The notes under the pieces were generated by a model. That model was not told the origin of the DNA. It worked only from the letters and a program-made list of their open reading frames with translations, and made no database searches. Positions 48,501-57,853 of a stretch of DNA of 64,000 nucleotides are shown here, piece after piece. The stretch lies in IMG/VR virus record IMGVR_UViG_3300042503_000209, positions 32,001 to 96,000 of that record, one strand, 5' to 3'. Source of the stretch: a virus. The position numbers and the translations under genes are program-made. Position 1 is the stretch's first letter. Every line of letters starts with the position of its first letter.

Positions 48501-50560
48501 TTGTTAAATACACCTGTAGCTACAATAGTTTTATGACCTTCTCTTGTTCCTCTTAATATTTCATATCCAACCACAGAAGCAATTGGCTTACCATCTATAC
48601 CTAATGGATGTGTAATGTTTTCAAACTGTACACCTAAAACAACAATGTTTTGACCATCTGTATTAAAGTGATTAATAATAGGATCTACAGTGGCATCAGG
48701 AAACTTATGATGTCTAATAGGTTGACCACACAAAGCTCCCCATATTTGTGGTTTATTATCAGGATATAATTCTGTAGATTCCCAATAACCCATTTGCCCA
48801 CTTGCAATAACTTTACCACCATCCGCTAATGTTCTTGTTGTTAAATTGTCTATTGTTGCTGTGTTTTCTACTTTCCAACGTTGTGGTGTTACACCATCTT
48901 CTATTTCAAATACATCTTCTCCTGCAACAGTAGCTCTATCAGATGCTACAGCAGGTCTACCTGGAATATGATATGAATCAGAACGCTCACCTGTATTGTA
49001 TACCCATCTAATAAAAAATGCATATTGTTCATCTCTCATAAAAGAAGGATTGTTTCCTCCCTTTACGTAATATGTAGATGGATACTGTACAGCTACCCAC
49101 TTCGATCTAATAGCGTTAGCTTGTTGTTGATAGTTAAATCTAAACTTAGTATATGTACCTACACGTATTAAATAATCAGTTACAGAATATAATGCATCTG
49201 ATTTTTCAATTGGTTCTGTTCTAAGAACAACCATTGTAAGAGGTACAGTAATTAATTCTGGACCTACACTGCTTATATAAATAACTCCTTGACTAGTAGA
49301 ATAGTAACCAAGACTTTTAGCTACTGTCTGCTGGTTAATATTAGATATAACTATTAACTCAAACTCGTCAAAGTTTTTATCAATGTCTGTAATAGTCACT
49401 TCTAAAGAACCAGATAAGTTCTGATGACTAAACAATGACTGCACTTCACTTAAACCAAAGTAGTCAGTCACTTTAACTTGATCTACTGTATACGCTAATG
49501 CCACTTGGTAAGAACCATTGGCTAACGTACCAGCACCTTTACCCTTTTGTAAAGACACGCAAGGATGTTTTACAATACTTGCTAATCTTATCTTTTCACA
49601 ATCAAGTCTGTCTGAACAGATAGGAGTTGTACATCCAATACCATTACTAGTTGGAGATATAACTGTAACATCGTTTAAACTATATGGAGTTGTGGTTGTA
49701 CTTTGAGATATACATCCACAAGGTATAGAATTTCCATTATTATCTAATTTTCTAGATATAACAGTTAATGCATCAAGAACTCCTCCTGGAAACTGTTGTT
49801 CGTAAGCTTGTTGATCTGTAAGACATAACTCATAAGCAGTACGACCAGCTGTAGGAATTGTAATATTAATTATGTGAGTATAACATGGTTCTGCAACACA
49901 GGATTGCGTAGTAACCTGCATATCAGAAGCTTTATCAAAAGATAAAAACTCAAATACTTCTCCATCAACTAAATATTTAGTCTGAGAAACATAATTAATG
50001 TCTTTATATATAATGGTTGTCCTAGCCGTTTTAGCAGGACAAGTAGCTCCAATAAGTTTATACTTAAAAGGTTGTTGTGCTGTATTTACTGTACTATCTG
50101 TACATACATAAGGTATGTCATTAATATTCAGAACTCTAGTAGGGTTTAGACCATCGTCCCAATAAAGTAATGTATCACAATCAAATCTTGAACGTGACAC
50201 ACCAGTGATTAAGTTTGTACGTTTAAAGTTTAAACATGGATCATTTATAATCTTAGTATAAGAACAAGCTGACTCATCAAAAATTCCAATCTCAGAGTTA
50301 AGATCATCTGTAGTAAATACAGCCCATTGATCATCCCCAAGATGTACAGTACCAATTAATGTATAAGGAAGTGTAGCACAATATAAATTAGCTGGTTCGT
50401 TTCCAATTACTCCCACTTGTCCATCATGTGAGTTATTAACTGCGTTACGTGCATGCGTATACAATCCCTCACCAACGAAAGTCTCGTTATAGTCTTTAAC
50501 CATACCCTTATTAAAGGTATTAGTTGTAGCTCCCGGATTTTGTGATTCTTGTTCAGCCAT
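45518..50560 (-). CDS. tail stabilization/muzzle protein (crAss-like, P22 gp10 analogue)
   Basis: N-terminal NTFNKGMVKD...YTHARNA; C-terminal WTISYD...WISFHDWIP typical of crAss-like stabilization proteins. Confidence 0.75.
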   Translation of the reverse strand: MAEQESQNPGATTNTFNKGMVKDYNETFVGEGLYTHARNAVNNSHDGQVGVIGNEPANLYCATLPYTLIGTVHLGDDQWAVFTTDDLNSEIGIFDESACSYTKIINDPCLNFKRTNLITGVSRSRFDCDTLLYWDDGLNPTRVLNINDIPYVCTDSTVNTAQQPFKYKLIGATCPAKTARTTIIYKDINYVSQTKYLVDGEVFEFLSFDKASDMQVTTQSCVAEPCYTHIINITIPTAGRTAYELCLTDQQAYEQQFPGGVLDALTVISRKLDNNGNSIPCGCISQSTTTTPYSLNDVTVISPTSNGIGCTTPICSDRLDCEKIRLASIVKHPCVSLQKGKGAGTLANGSYQVALAYTVDQVKVTDYFGLSEVQSLFSHQNLSGSLEVTITDIDKNFDEFELIVISNINQQTVAKSLGYYSTSQGVIYISSVGPELITVPLTMVVLRTEPIEKSDALYSVTDYLIRVGTYTKFRFNYQQQANAIRSKWVAVQYPSTYYVKGGNNPSFMRDEQYAFFIRWVYNTGERSDSYHIPGRPAVASDRATVAGEDVFEIEDGVTPQRWKVENTATIDNLTTRTLADGGKVIASGQMGYWESTELYPDNKPQIWGALCGQPIRHHKFPDATVDPIINHFNTDGQNIVVLGVQFENITHPLGIDGKPIASVVGYEILRGTREGHKTIVATGVFNNMREYTIQEGTVGVQGLFQNYPYNDLSDDYYLTSNEEIINDGSFTNRKKDPLRDYRKDIFSFHSPDTTFTKPFLSVQEVKLYGEVYGKSQGAFEHPWRHPKNKFIGKDIEFINKALQIVRIINSISSELPPGAVEFTGNDKLPVKLNVTPVKPEPKKTVLGSVLGGITNLIAPGAGSLVSGLVDNIAYGINQFSYAAQLVVVKYIHTETTSAQIQILVYGLIPRRQYALQYNSHGFFNKFTQSQTGNRRRKIDDSLYVGGNVQGFNNGFRINNLYRGNFVVIKLPSGKTFANPRNVDNSRVLISDAGVEPRKGFQRNISCHYGAIKIPLPAQYGQLESIKQVPVSTCVGKTNGATGVKFTSDILFGGDVYINKFTEKNTMPFFNDWMIDFPDETAYDYRNYINVPYPRYWMNTAEAEYKLLQSSAKEHHHLDKSVSRFFYIHQGYIYLFNSGVREFFVESEINLAYRDWEDETSKRHYDSSSFTDLSLMFRSDIIRSGNYYKYDYSLSVSKLYSNFISWGNVLPRNYDPETYSTCYTYRPNRAIYSLPQQDEISKDNWRVFLANNYKDFSSRISNIKSVNKNGALFMLADQSPIQFMGVDQLQTDAGTKITIGDGGLFSQPFQNLVNADDSYEYGSNQGRYCSVGTTHGVFWVSQNQGKVFQYAGGLNEISRNGMKWWFAKYLPSELLKAFPDYPLYDNPVSGVGVQMIYDNTHEILYITKKDYKPKFSDLAYDSNGFYRTINGTKTYYTFKSEAFEEASWTISYDPKSKMWISFHDWIPTFLLPGRAHFLSVNSNTVWKHNQRCDKFANFYNKDYPFEVEFISSTGQTVTTVRNIEYLLETYKYHNGCADKFHILDENFDQAIIYNSEQVSGLLEMTLKSKVNPVDMLSYPQVGTSSIKINYSKEENKYRFNQFWDITKNRGEFASNNVPMFNTRANGYQFQINPAYVNYQKPVLERKKFRHNVNKVLLRKLTSNDLKMIFKISNQKIQQSFR

Positions 50561-50912
50561 GTTTTATTTCCAGCTTCTTCTTTTCTAAAAATTTATATAC
50601 CACTGCGGTTAAATGTCCAGCTAACCATGCTTGAGCTTCTTCATCTGATATTCCTCTATCTTCTGTCACTCTAACTACAGCGTGAAACATCTCGTGAGCT
50701 ATTGTGTTATGCGTTAGATATTTAACACCTAGTAATAAATAGTAAACATCTATATCATGCATAATCAAAGCTCCTTCTGCTTCATCACCAAAATCATCTT
50801 TTATTTTGCACTTCTTGTAAATCTTCTCTGCTTCAGCAGCAACACTGTCAACTATACTTATAATTATCTTACAACTATAAGTAGGTAAATTTATCGTGGT
50901 GCTTAGCTTCAT
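50553..50912 (-). CDS. small stand-alone zincin-like metallopeptidase
   Basis: IAHEMFH...DEEAQAWLAG (HExxH plus downstream Glu). Confidence 0.6.
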   Translation of the reverse strand: MKLSTTINLPTYSCKIIISIVDSVAAEAEKIYKKCKIKDDFGDEAEGALIMHDIDVYYLLLGVKYLTHNTIAHEMFHAVVRVTEDRGISDEEAQAWLAGHLTAVVYKFLEKKKLEIKHG

Positions 50913-50915
50913 ACA

Positions 50916-51809
50916 TTACAATCCCTCTGTTGATTTAAACATATCGTAATACTTACTATACATAGCTTTACGATTTGTTTGCCATAACTTATACATTTCT
51001 GCAAAGTCAGGAGTGTTAACAATACTTAATGCATTATTTCTTGCTGCTCTTAAACGCTGCTCTACTAGCTGAATTCTTTGAGAAACATCCTCCCCGTTCA
51101 TGTATAAGTTTTCTAGAATACGCTGCTTCATAGCATATTCATAATACTCATTAATTACAGGATGATCTAATACCAATAAATTACCATCATCATCTTGTAA
51201 TGCACCTTGATATGATATAAATAGTTTTCCTTCTTCTACATTACTATAAACAAAACCATTCTTAATATATCCGTTTTTACCACTATCGTTTAAAGCATCT
51301 ATTCTTCCTGTAGAAGTAGAGATACTTATCTTTTCAAAGTTGTTGTAAGTCCTAGTTTCATACTTACGCTTTTCTACAACCTGTACATATATCTTCTCAC
51401 CTGTCTTACACTCTACACTGTATGTTCTTTCACAAAGACAAGTAGTGTCAACTTCTCCGCATTTATTACATACATTCTTACCATCTACAGTTTTGCAATG
51501 TCTAGGATCAAGTATAACATTCTCAGTATGACGACCATGCATTACAGGATAAGTAGCTGTTACCTCTCCACACAAGTATGCATAGTTTAACACATAGAAA
51601 TCATCAGGTAACTTAGCCTTATTCTTTTCTATGTCAATTATCTTTTCTTTAGTTCCATGAATTCTTAAACCTAAATCATAACTTACACGCTGAGCCACCT
51701 TAATAAGCTGACCAGCTTCAATCATGCCCTCATTACTATACGTACTAAAATCCACCGAAACTTCATCAAGAAGTTGGTTAAAAGTTCTATATTGTAATTC
51801 AGTTTTCAT
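50916..51809 (-). CDS. tail ring/tubular protein (crAss-like)
   Basis: Synteny with the stabilization gene; AKLPDDF, ISYQG...DDDGNLLV.D pattern. Confidence 0.6.
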   Translation of the reverse strand: MKTELQYRTFNQLLDEVSVDFSTYSNEGMIEAGQLIKVAQRVSYDLGLRIHGTKEKIIDIEKNKAKLPDDFYVLNYAYLCGEVTATYPVMHGRHTENVILDPRHCKTVDGKNVCNKCGEVDTTCLCERTYSVECKTGEKIYVQVVEKRKYETRTYNNFEKISISTSTGRIDALNDSGKNGYIKNGFVYSNVEEGKLFISYQGALQDDDGNLLVLDHPVINEYYEYAMKQRILENLYMNGEDVSQRIQLVEQRLRAARNNALSIVNTPDFAEMYKLWQTNRKAMYSKYYDMFKSTEGL

Positions 51810-52480
51810 CGTAATCCACTTTGTTTATCTTGAGCAGTATCTGAAGGAATTTGCATCATTCCCATAAGATCCTTAAATACGTTGTTCTCTATCTCACCAA
51901 ATAAATAATCTGGTACATTAAACGGTTGATCTGTTTTTTGAACACAACTGTCATCTGCACAAGTAAACATAGAAATATCTTCTTCAAAGATTCCCTCTAT
52001 ACGTACAGCATCCCATTCTAAATTAGGAAAGTATAAGTAGTCATTTAAATACCAAAAGTATTTTGACTTATTAAACTTAAAGTTTTTAGATTTAGTCATT
52101 GCCATGTAAGTACCTGGATTGGTTGAACTTACGCTTTGAGAACCATCAATAGATGTGGTAGCTCTAATTAGTGGACCATAAAAACCCTGCATAAAAATTG
52201 GCATCTTCTCTTTTGTACGTTTGATTTTACAATCAGAAGTTAAGCCTGTGCAGCATGCCTCCACTTTATCCACTTCAATAAGTTCTACATAATCCATAGT
52301 TTGAACAACACCAGAATAACTAAGAAGTTGGTTCTTACCATCTTCACGTTTCATCAACCACTTAGCATGCTTTAATATAAAAGCATAGATAGCTCTGTCA
52401 GTCAAGAAAGCATCTTGTCTAACTGCTTTTATCTGTGTACGCATTCTAGAGATTACATCTCCTATAGTAGTTTTAGCCAT
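51806..52480 (-). CDS. tail ring/adaptor protein (crAss-like)
   Basis: Synteny; YFWYLNDYLYF...VRIEGIFEED pattern. Confidence 0.6.
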   Translation of the reverse strand: MAKTTIGDVISRMRTQIKAVRQDAFLTDRAIYAFILKHAKWLMKREDGKNQLLSYSGVVQTMDYVELIEVDKVEACCTGLTSDCKIKRTKEKMPIFMQGFYGPLIRATTSIDGSQSVSSTNPGTYMAMTKSKNFKFNKSKYFWYLNDYLYFPNLEWDAVRIEGIFEEDISMFTCADDSCVQKTDQPFNVPDYLFGEIENNVFKDLMGMMQIPSDTAQDKQSGLR

Positions 52481-52482
52481 GG

Positions 52483-53067
52483 TTAATCCAGATTAAACTC
52501 ATCATACTGTTCTAACAGTTGTTCCGTTTCATTTTTAATAAAGTCCTGAATTTTCTGCTTTCTAAAGATTCTACTCACTTTAATCATGTTATCAAGTAGT
52601 ATATATCTTTTCCAGTTTTCAGGATATGTTTTAGCCACCGTTCTTTTAAAATCTCTTACACCAGTAAAAGACCACATCTCATTGTTTTTAAAACGATACT
52701 TAGTCTCATAGTTTGTGTACAAAATTTTAGCTACGTAGTTATCACTTTCCCAGTTCTGAAACTGTACCTTAGAACCAAGTTCGTTAGATATCTTGTAGTT
52801 AGTATTGTGTCTTTTCTTTCGTGGGCAAGATCCAATAAATAAATTACCTAACTGTTCTGGTAGTTCTACACCATCACGTTCATTAATAGCTGTTTCCCAA
52901 AGTTTACCATTAAATGTGGATATTACTTCTTTAAACTTGTCTATGGTTAAAGAAGCGTTCTTTGGGTGCTCTTGTATGAACCTATTGTAAAACTCTACGT
53001 TTGTAAAGTTTAACTTCTTAGATCTATACCTAGGAGCATTGAGGTCAGGTCTTTTATATGTTTTCAC
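52483..53067 (-). CDS. IHF/HU-like protein of the crAss-like tail module
   Basis: DGVELPEQLGNLFI motif; position upstream of ring genes; GTG start. Confidence 0.55.
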   Translation of the reverse strand: MKTYKRPDLNAPRYRSKKLNFTNVEFYNRFIQEHPKNASLTIDKFKEVISTFNGKLWETAINERDGVELPEQLGNLFIGSCPRKKRHNTNYKISNELGSKVQFQNWESDNYVAKILYTNYETKYRFKNNEMWSFTGVRDFKRTVAKTYPENWKRYILLDNMIKVSRIFRKQKIQDFIKNETEQLLEQYDEFNLD

Positions 53068-53075
53068 TATTCCGC

Positions 53076-53133
53076 TACATTAATAATTTACGAAAAATCT
53101 ACGAGGTTTCCTACTTAAACTTTCAGGGTTTAA
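53076..53133 (-). promoter_or_regulatory. putative late promoter with two upstream AAAY-N7-GTTT palindromes
   Basis: Minus-strand core GTAAATTATTAATGTA; colinear with 33891-33948. Confidence 0.6.
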
Positions 53134-54446
53134 GCATTATGAGTAAACTCTGATATTTTACCTTTGGTCAAGTGGTGGATTTCCATAACTGCTTGACGCT
53201 TAGACCCCGTAAACTTGTTGTGATAATGCCAATAATCTGACTTAGATAAAGAAGGAAGATGTTTAATTGAGAAGCCATGTACCTCATTATCTGTTACAAA
53301 TTCTACTACTTTCTTAGTATGAAAGTGTCCAGTGTAACAAGTTCTAAAGCTAGTCATACCCCATTGTAAAGGGAACTCAGTAGCATAAACGAGAGGTGTG
53401 TTTTTCTTAGTTACGTCACCATGTTCAAATGCAAAGAAGTTCTCACCCCATGTGATAACCTTTCTTTCAGCGTAGTTGGCATTAAACGTAATAGAAATTT
53501 CTTGTGTAAAGCACTTAGATAGTGCATGTACTAAATGGTAGGAAGATAAACGGTCATGGTTACCAGGTAGGTAAACCACCTCTAGTTCTTTACAGAACTG
53601 CTTAATAAAGTTAATTGACCAGAACATTGCGTCAAAAGCCTCATCATAGGCATCCTGAGCTCTAAGGTCAGAGTCTACAGGTGTTCCCTTAGTAGTTAGT
53701 CCACTAAAGGTATCCATGTTAAGAAGGTCCCCTCCAATCACATATATGATCTTTTCGACCATATGAGCATGATAAGATCTTAGTACAAGACTCTTAATGC
53801 TTTCTTTAAAGTCATCTACTATAGATAGGTTACCCTCTTTACCAAAATGGAGATCCTGTATAGACAAGATCCCCACCGTAGGCTGGTCAAAACTTTCATT
53901 TATAAAAACCTCTGCAACGGGTTTATATACAGGTTGAAATGACTTTAGCGTTTCAGCTAAAAAGTCTTTCGGCTCCAGTTGTTTCTGAGTGACCATAGCA
54001 GAAACCAACCAGTAATCTTTGTGTTGTTTATTCCAATAAGAACTAAGCTTCCACTTATCAGTGTCTATCTTAAGTATTCTAATAATTTCTTCTGGACTTT
54101 TAGGTTCAGCAAAGGCTATACCTTTTATTTCTGCTGTACCATCATCCAAGTTTTCTTTAAACTCTACCACCTTTTCTTTGTTTTGATTGATAGCTTCTAC
54201 TAAACTATCTTCAAGTTGGGTGATATACTGTGACTTAATTGCCTCATCATCAATGAGTTCTAACATTCTTTGTCCAGCAAAGTTTATTAGTTGTGTGTCC
54301 AGTTCGTCTTGTAAAAGACTCTTAGTTTGTAAAATTTGTTTTTTGATTTCTTGGTATTTCTCTAAAGAAATCCCTAATTTTATGGCACAGAACTCATCTG
54401 TTTTTTTCCATTTGAAGGAGCCATACACCTGGTTGATTAGTGTCAT
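53130..54446 (-). CDS. metallophosphoesterase-domain protein with N-terminal helical extension
   Basis: QDLHFG, GGDLLN, PGNHD, EHGD, TGHFH motifs. Confidence 0.8.
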   Translation of the reverse strand: MTLINQVYGSFKWKKTDEFCAIKLGISLEKYQEIKKQILQTKSLLQDELDTQLINFAGQRMLELIDDEAIKSQYITQLEDSLVEAINQNKEKVVEFKENLDDGTAEIKGIAFAEPKSPEEIIRILKIDTDKWKLSSYWNKQHKDYWLVSAMVTQKQLEPKDFLAETLKSFQPVYKPVAEVFINESFDQPTVGILSIQDLHFGKEGNLSIVDDFKESIKSLVLRSYHAHMVEKIIYVIGGDLLNMDTFSGLTTKGTPVDSDLRAQDAYDEAFDAMFWSINFIKQFCKELEVVYLPGNHDRLSSYHLVHALSKCFTQEISITFNANYAERKVITWGENFFAFEHGDVTKKNTPLVYATEFPLQWGMTSFRTCYTGHFHTKKVVEFVTDNEVHGFSIKHLPSLSKSDYWHYHNKFTGSKRQAVMEIHHLTKGKISEFTHNA

Positions 54447-54532
54447 ACGTTGTATTTTGGTATATGGTGTATAAAGCTAGACGTAATTTATCACTCTAAT
54501 TATTTTTTATACACAACTTACTAACATTGGTT

Positions 54533-54568
54533 AAAAAGAAACCCCCGATGTAGAAACACCAGGGGTCT
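54533..54568 (-). terminator. rho-independent terminator ending the tail-fibre block
   Basis: Minus strand AGACCCCTGGTGT-TTCT-ACATCGGGGGTTT-CTTTTT. Confidence 0.75.
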
Positions 54569-54613
54569 TGTTTGCCAGATGGAAACCAACAAAACCACTG
54601 ACTTTTTTATATT

Positions 54614-54841
54614 TTAAACTACTGTAGTAAAGCTCCTTGGTGATCCATAAGTTCCACCACCACAATTTGCTTCTACAGTACCAGTATACGATGATTCTGT
54701 TAATCCTGTAACTATTAATAAATTTGTAGGTGTAAGAGTTGTAGTTACGTCTGAAGGATTAGTAGTAGGCCAATACTTTACCCTATACCCCAACGAAGGA
54801 GTCGGTACTACTGCTGGAAAAGTTATATTTAAAGTTGGCAT
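54614..54841 (-). CDS. single FN3-like domain protein
   Basis: LNITF...GYRVKYW...VTGL....Y...VEANC pattern. Confidence 0.65.
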   Translation of the reverse strand: MPTLNITFPAVVPTPSLGYRVKYWPTTNPSDVTTTLTPTNLLIVTGLTESSYTGTVEANCGGGTYGSPRSFTTVV

Positions 54842-55044
54842 TATGAATTAGTATTTATCCAGTTATCTGCTTCAATAAGATTATTAAAGAATGGACTAAG
54901 TGTATTATAATCTTTCATTACCACGTTTTTCATACCATCATATTCTTTATAAATAGTATAGTGGGAACCGTTAAGATCATATGAAGCATGGATTACATTA
55001 TCCATTCCTAAATTATTTTCTACTATAGCTGTTAATTCTTTCAT
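54841..55044 (-). CDS. hypothetical protein (67 aa)
   Basis: TAATG-coupled on both sides. Confidence 0.6.
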   Translation of the reverse strand: MKELTAIVENNLGMDNVIHASYDLNGSHYTIYKEYDGMKNVVMKDYNTLSPFFNNLIEADNWINTNS

Positions 55045-56162
55045 TATACGACAGGTGTTGTTGTATCATTAGTATCTATGTTACCTACGTTTGTAGATCT
55101 GTTATATGTAATAACAGCTAAACGCTGACCTCTTGATATAGCCGCATTAACATTAGGACTTTCTAAATCAGAAGATCCTGTAGCCGTGCCGCCATTATTT
55201 CTAGCTGTAATAACTTTACTTGCAGATGTTCCTACTAAAGTTGCTGTAGCTGTAGGGTTAGTATAACCAAATGCTGGACTACCTGGAGAAGGACCTTGCT
55301 TAATCATACATCCTCCTTTATAAAGAGTAAAACTTATATTAACAGGATTAGTACCTAAAGTTACCCACCATAACGCACGACAATCAATTACTACCTCATT
55401 TTGACCAGCTCCAAGCTGTGTAAAGTCAATTAATACAGTTTCAAAACCTTGAAGTTGATTATCTCCACCCCACATTGCTAATGGTTTAACAACCATATCA
55501 CAAACATTACCACTGTTTATATACCCTGCAGATTGCGGAGTTCTTAAGTACTGACCATAACCAATATGTTTACCTTGACCATTTTGATCAGCATAAGTTG
55601 TACCATCAATAGATACTATTCTTGTACGTGTATCTAAGTCTGTACCATTAGTAAACTGATAAGTTACTACCATGTAATCAGCATCAAACGTAAAGTTTGT
55701 TTCACCAATTACAATGTTTTCTGTATTTACACAACCCGTAATAGTATCTGTAACAGTAGCAATATATGTTTGACCACCAGTTAAACCAGTAGCAGTTATT
55801 GTTGTTTGTACAGGAGATGTATTCCAGCTATATGTATATGAACCAGAACCGCCTACAATATTACTAATTGTAGCAGTACCATTAGTACCTTGCTGATTAG
55901 TTGGAGATGTAGAAGAAATATTAAATGTTACATTACAAACAACGTCTGTAAAGTTTACTCTAGTAGAGTTACCAAAGCTACAAACTGACTCAATAGTACC
56001 AGTATAATCATATCCAGATAAATTACTTATAACGGCAGGACTACTTGTAACAGTTGTAGTTAATACTGTTCCAGGTGTACTAGTTTCCCAATATCTAACT
56101 AGATATCCTCCAGACGGTGCTGGACTAGCTGCAGTAAAATTTATAGTTAATTGATTAGCCAT
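55044..56162 (-). CDS. FN3-like plus SprB-like repeat virion/tail protein
   Basis: N-terminal FN3-like domain; GGSGSYTYSW...ATGL..G.TY..TVTD...GC SprB-type repeat. Confidence 0.65.
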   Translation of the reverse strand: MANQLTINFTAASPAPSGGYLVRYWETSTPGTVLTTTVTSSPAVISNLSGYDYTGTIESVCSFGNSTRVNFTDVVCNVTFNISSTSPTNQQGTNGTATISNIVGGSGSYTYSWNTSPVQTTITATGLTGGQTYIATVTDTITGCVNTENIVIGETNFTFDADYMVVTYQFTNGTDLDTRTRIVSIDGTTYADQNGQGKHIGYGQYLRTPQSAGYINSGNVCDMVVKPLAMWGGDNQLQGFETVLIDFTQLGAGQNEVVIDCRALWWVTLGTNPVNISFTLYKGGCMIKQGPSPGSPAFGYTNPTATATLVGTSASKVITARNNGGTATGSSDLESPNVNAAISRGQRLAVITYNRSTNVGNIDTNDTTTPVV

Positions 56163-56166
56163 CTAA

Positions 56167-56604
56167 TTATCCTAAACATTGATTTTTACGAGTGTAGCTA
56201 CCACCACTAACTGATCCGTCAATGGCACATACTATTTGTGGTGTTGATAAGCCTGTAGAATTAAATACTGTTACAGCTGTTGAACCACCGCATGGTGTAT
56301 ATGAGTATTCAGCATTATCAAGAAGTTCAAATTCGTAACAAACAGAACCACCAGTTCCTTGTACGCCAAATGTTTCGACTACTTCTAAACCTGAACCACA
56401 ATCAACTAATAGTTTAACTTCTAAAGGATAACAAGCTGGTACTCCAGATATTACAATAGGGTTAGCTCTTTTATTAGGTTCTGTATACCAAACATCATCT
56501 CCTACAATTTTCCACTGAACAGTATATCCACTATCAGGCATAATACTAGCTGTAGAATACTGAATAGTTAAAGTCTTTAATACATTACAAGGTGCTACTG
56601 GCAT
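56167..56604 (-). CDS. Cys-rich FN3-like virion protein
   Basis: LTIQY...GYTVQWK pattern paralogous to neighbours. Confidence 0.6.
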   Translation of the reverse strand: MPVAPCNVLKTLTIQYSTASIMPDSGYTVQWKIVGDDVWYTEPNKRANPIVISGVPACYPLEVKLLVDCGSGLEVVETFGVQGTGGSVCYEFELLDNAEYSYTPCGGSTAVTVFNSTGLSTPQIVCAIDGSVSGGSYTRKNQCLG

Positions 56605-56615
56605 ATGGTTATTTA

Positions 56616-57272
56616 TTATAGAATTGTACCTGTACCACTCACTTTAACTGGTGAGCCGACAAATGCTCTAAATATTCTTGGTGTTCCTTGAACTACTGTA
56701 ATTGTAAATATTTGATGATCAGTTCCTGTTGCAGTAATAACTGTAGCACCACCAGACAATGCTGTAGTCGGTGCAGCAGAAACTACAAAAGCTGTAGCAT
56801 TAGTAACAGAAACAACTGTAGTGTTTGCAGGAAAAGCTCCAACACCAGCAGTAACTTCAACAGTCATGCCAGCAACAAGACCTGTAGTTGAACCTACAAC
56901 AATAGTTGTAGTAGATCCGGTTGCTCCAGCAGCTGATGTATAAATTGGACCTAAACCTAAATATCTTACTACCATTGGTGTAGTAGTAGTTGAAGTAGCT
57001 GTATAATTGATTCTAGCAATTGGAGTAACTAATAATGAATTAACAACTTTATGTAACTTAGTCAATACAGTTGTCAATCTATCACCATCTAAAATAGATA
57101 ATGCAGGTAAATTTGAACCAATAAACTTGGTGCAATCAGCTACAATAAGTTCATCACAAACTTCTCCACCAACACATGGTGTCAAATTAATTGCGTTAGT
57201 AGGTTGGCAATCTGCACAACCATCGTTGCAGTTACCTAATGGTAGGGGAGTATCGTTACAACCGCATGACAT
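56616..57272 (-). CDS. Cys-rich N-terminus tail-associated protein
   Basis: CGC...C..C N-terminus; Thr/Val-rich beta domain. Confidence 0.6.
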   Translation of the reverse strand: MSCGCNDTPLPLGNCNDGCADCQPTNAINLTPCVGGEVCDELIVADCTKFIGSNLPALSILDGDRLTTVLTKLHKVVNSLLVTPIARINYTATSTTTTPMVVRYLGLGPIYTSAAGATGSTTTIVVGSTTGLVAGMTVEVTAGVGAFPANTTVVSVTNATAFVVSAAPTTALSGGATVITATGTDHQIFTITVVQGTPRIFRAFVGSPVKVSGTGTIL

Positions 57273-57297
57273 AGTCTTATATTATTAAAAGTTTATA

Positions 57298-57852
57298 TTA
57301 TGGTTGAGCTGTTAATTCAGCAGTTACGTTTGTAGGAGCGTTACATACAGGAGGAGCAGATGTCACACCAGTTGTAAACGCACAATCAGTTTTAGTAAAT
57401 GTTCCTGCTGTAGGAATCACTCTAAGTTTATAAGTTGTACTAGCAGTTAAACTACTAAAAGTTCCTGTAAGAGTTGTAGTTCCTGTAGGAGTTTGTGAAG
57501 CTAGTTCTGAGTTACCTGTTGAGTCAAATAACTTAACAGAATAAGTTGTCACTGATCCACCAATCTCTGGAAAACTATAAGACAAACTTGTAGAAGCTGG
57601 TGTTATAGTAACCGTTGGACAAATTATATTAATCTTTTGTACAGTAGGACTTACTGTAGATGTTCCACCATTACAAGCAGTAGTGATTCTAAAATCATAA
57701 ATTAAATTATCACTAAGTCCAGTAACATTCACCGTAGCAGTTGTACCCGACACAGTACTAAAAGTAGTCCATGAAGTAGTTGTTGCAAGTTTATATTGCA
57801 CACTCTGAGATGTAGACCCTACGCCAGGTGTCCAGGCTAATGTTACGTTCAT
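57298..57852 (-). CDS. tandem FN3-like domain protein
   Basis: Two repeats: VTGLSDNLIYDFRI and FSSLTASTTYKLRV. Confidence 0.7.
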   Translation of the reverse strand: MNVTLAWTPGVGSTSQSVQYKLATTTSWTTFSTVSGTTATVNVTGLSDNLIYDFRITTACNGGTSTVSPTVQKINIICPTVTITPASTSLSYSFPEIGGSVTTYSVKLFDSTGNSELASQTPTGTTTLTGTFSSLTASTTYKLRVIPTAGTFTKTDCAFTTGVTSAPPVCNAPTNVTAELTAQP

Positions 57853-57853
57853 A

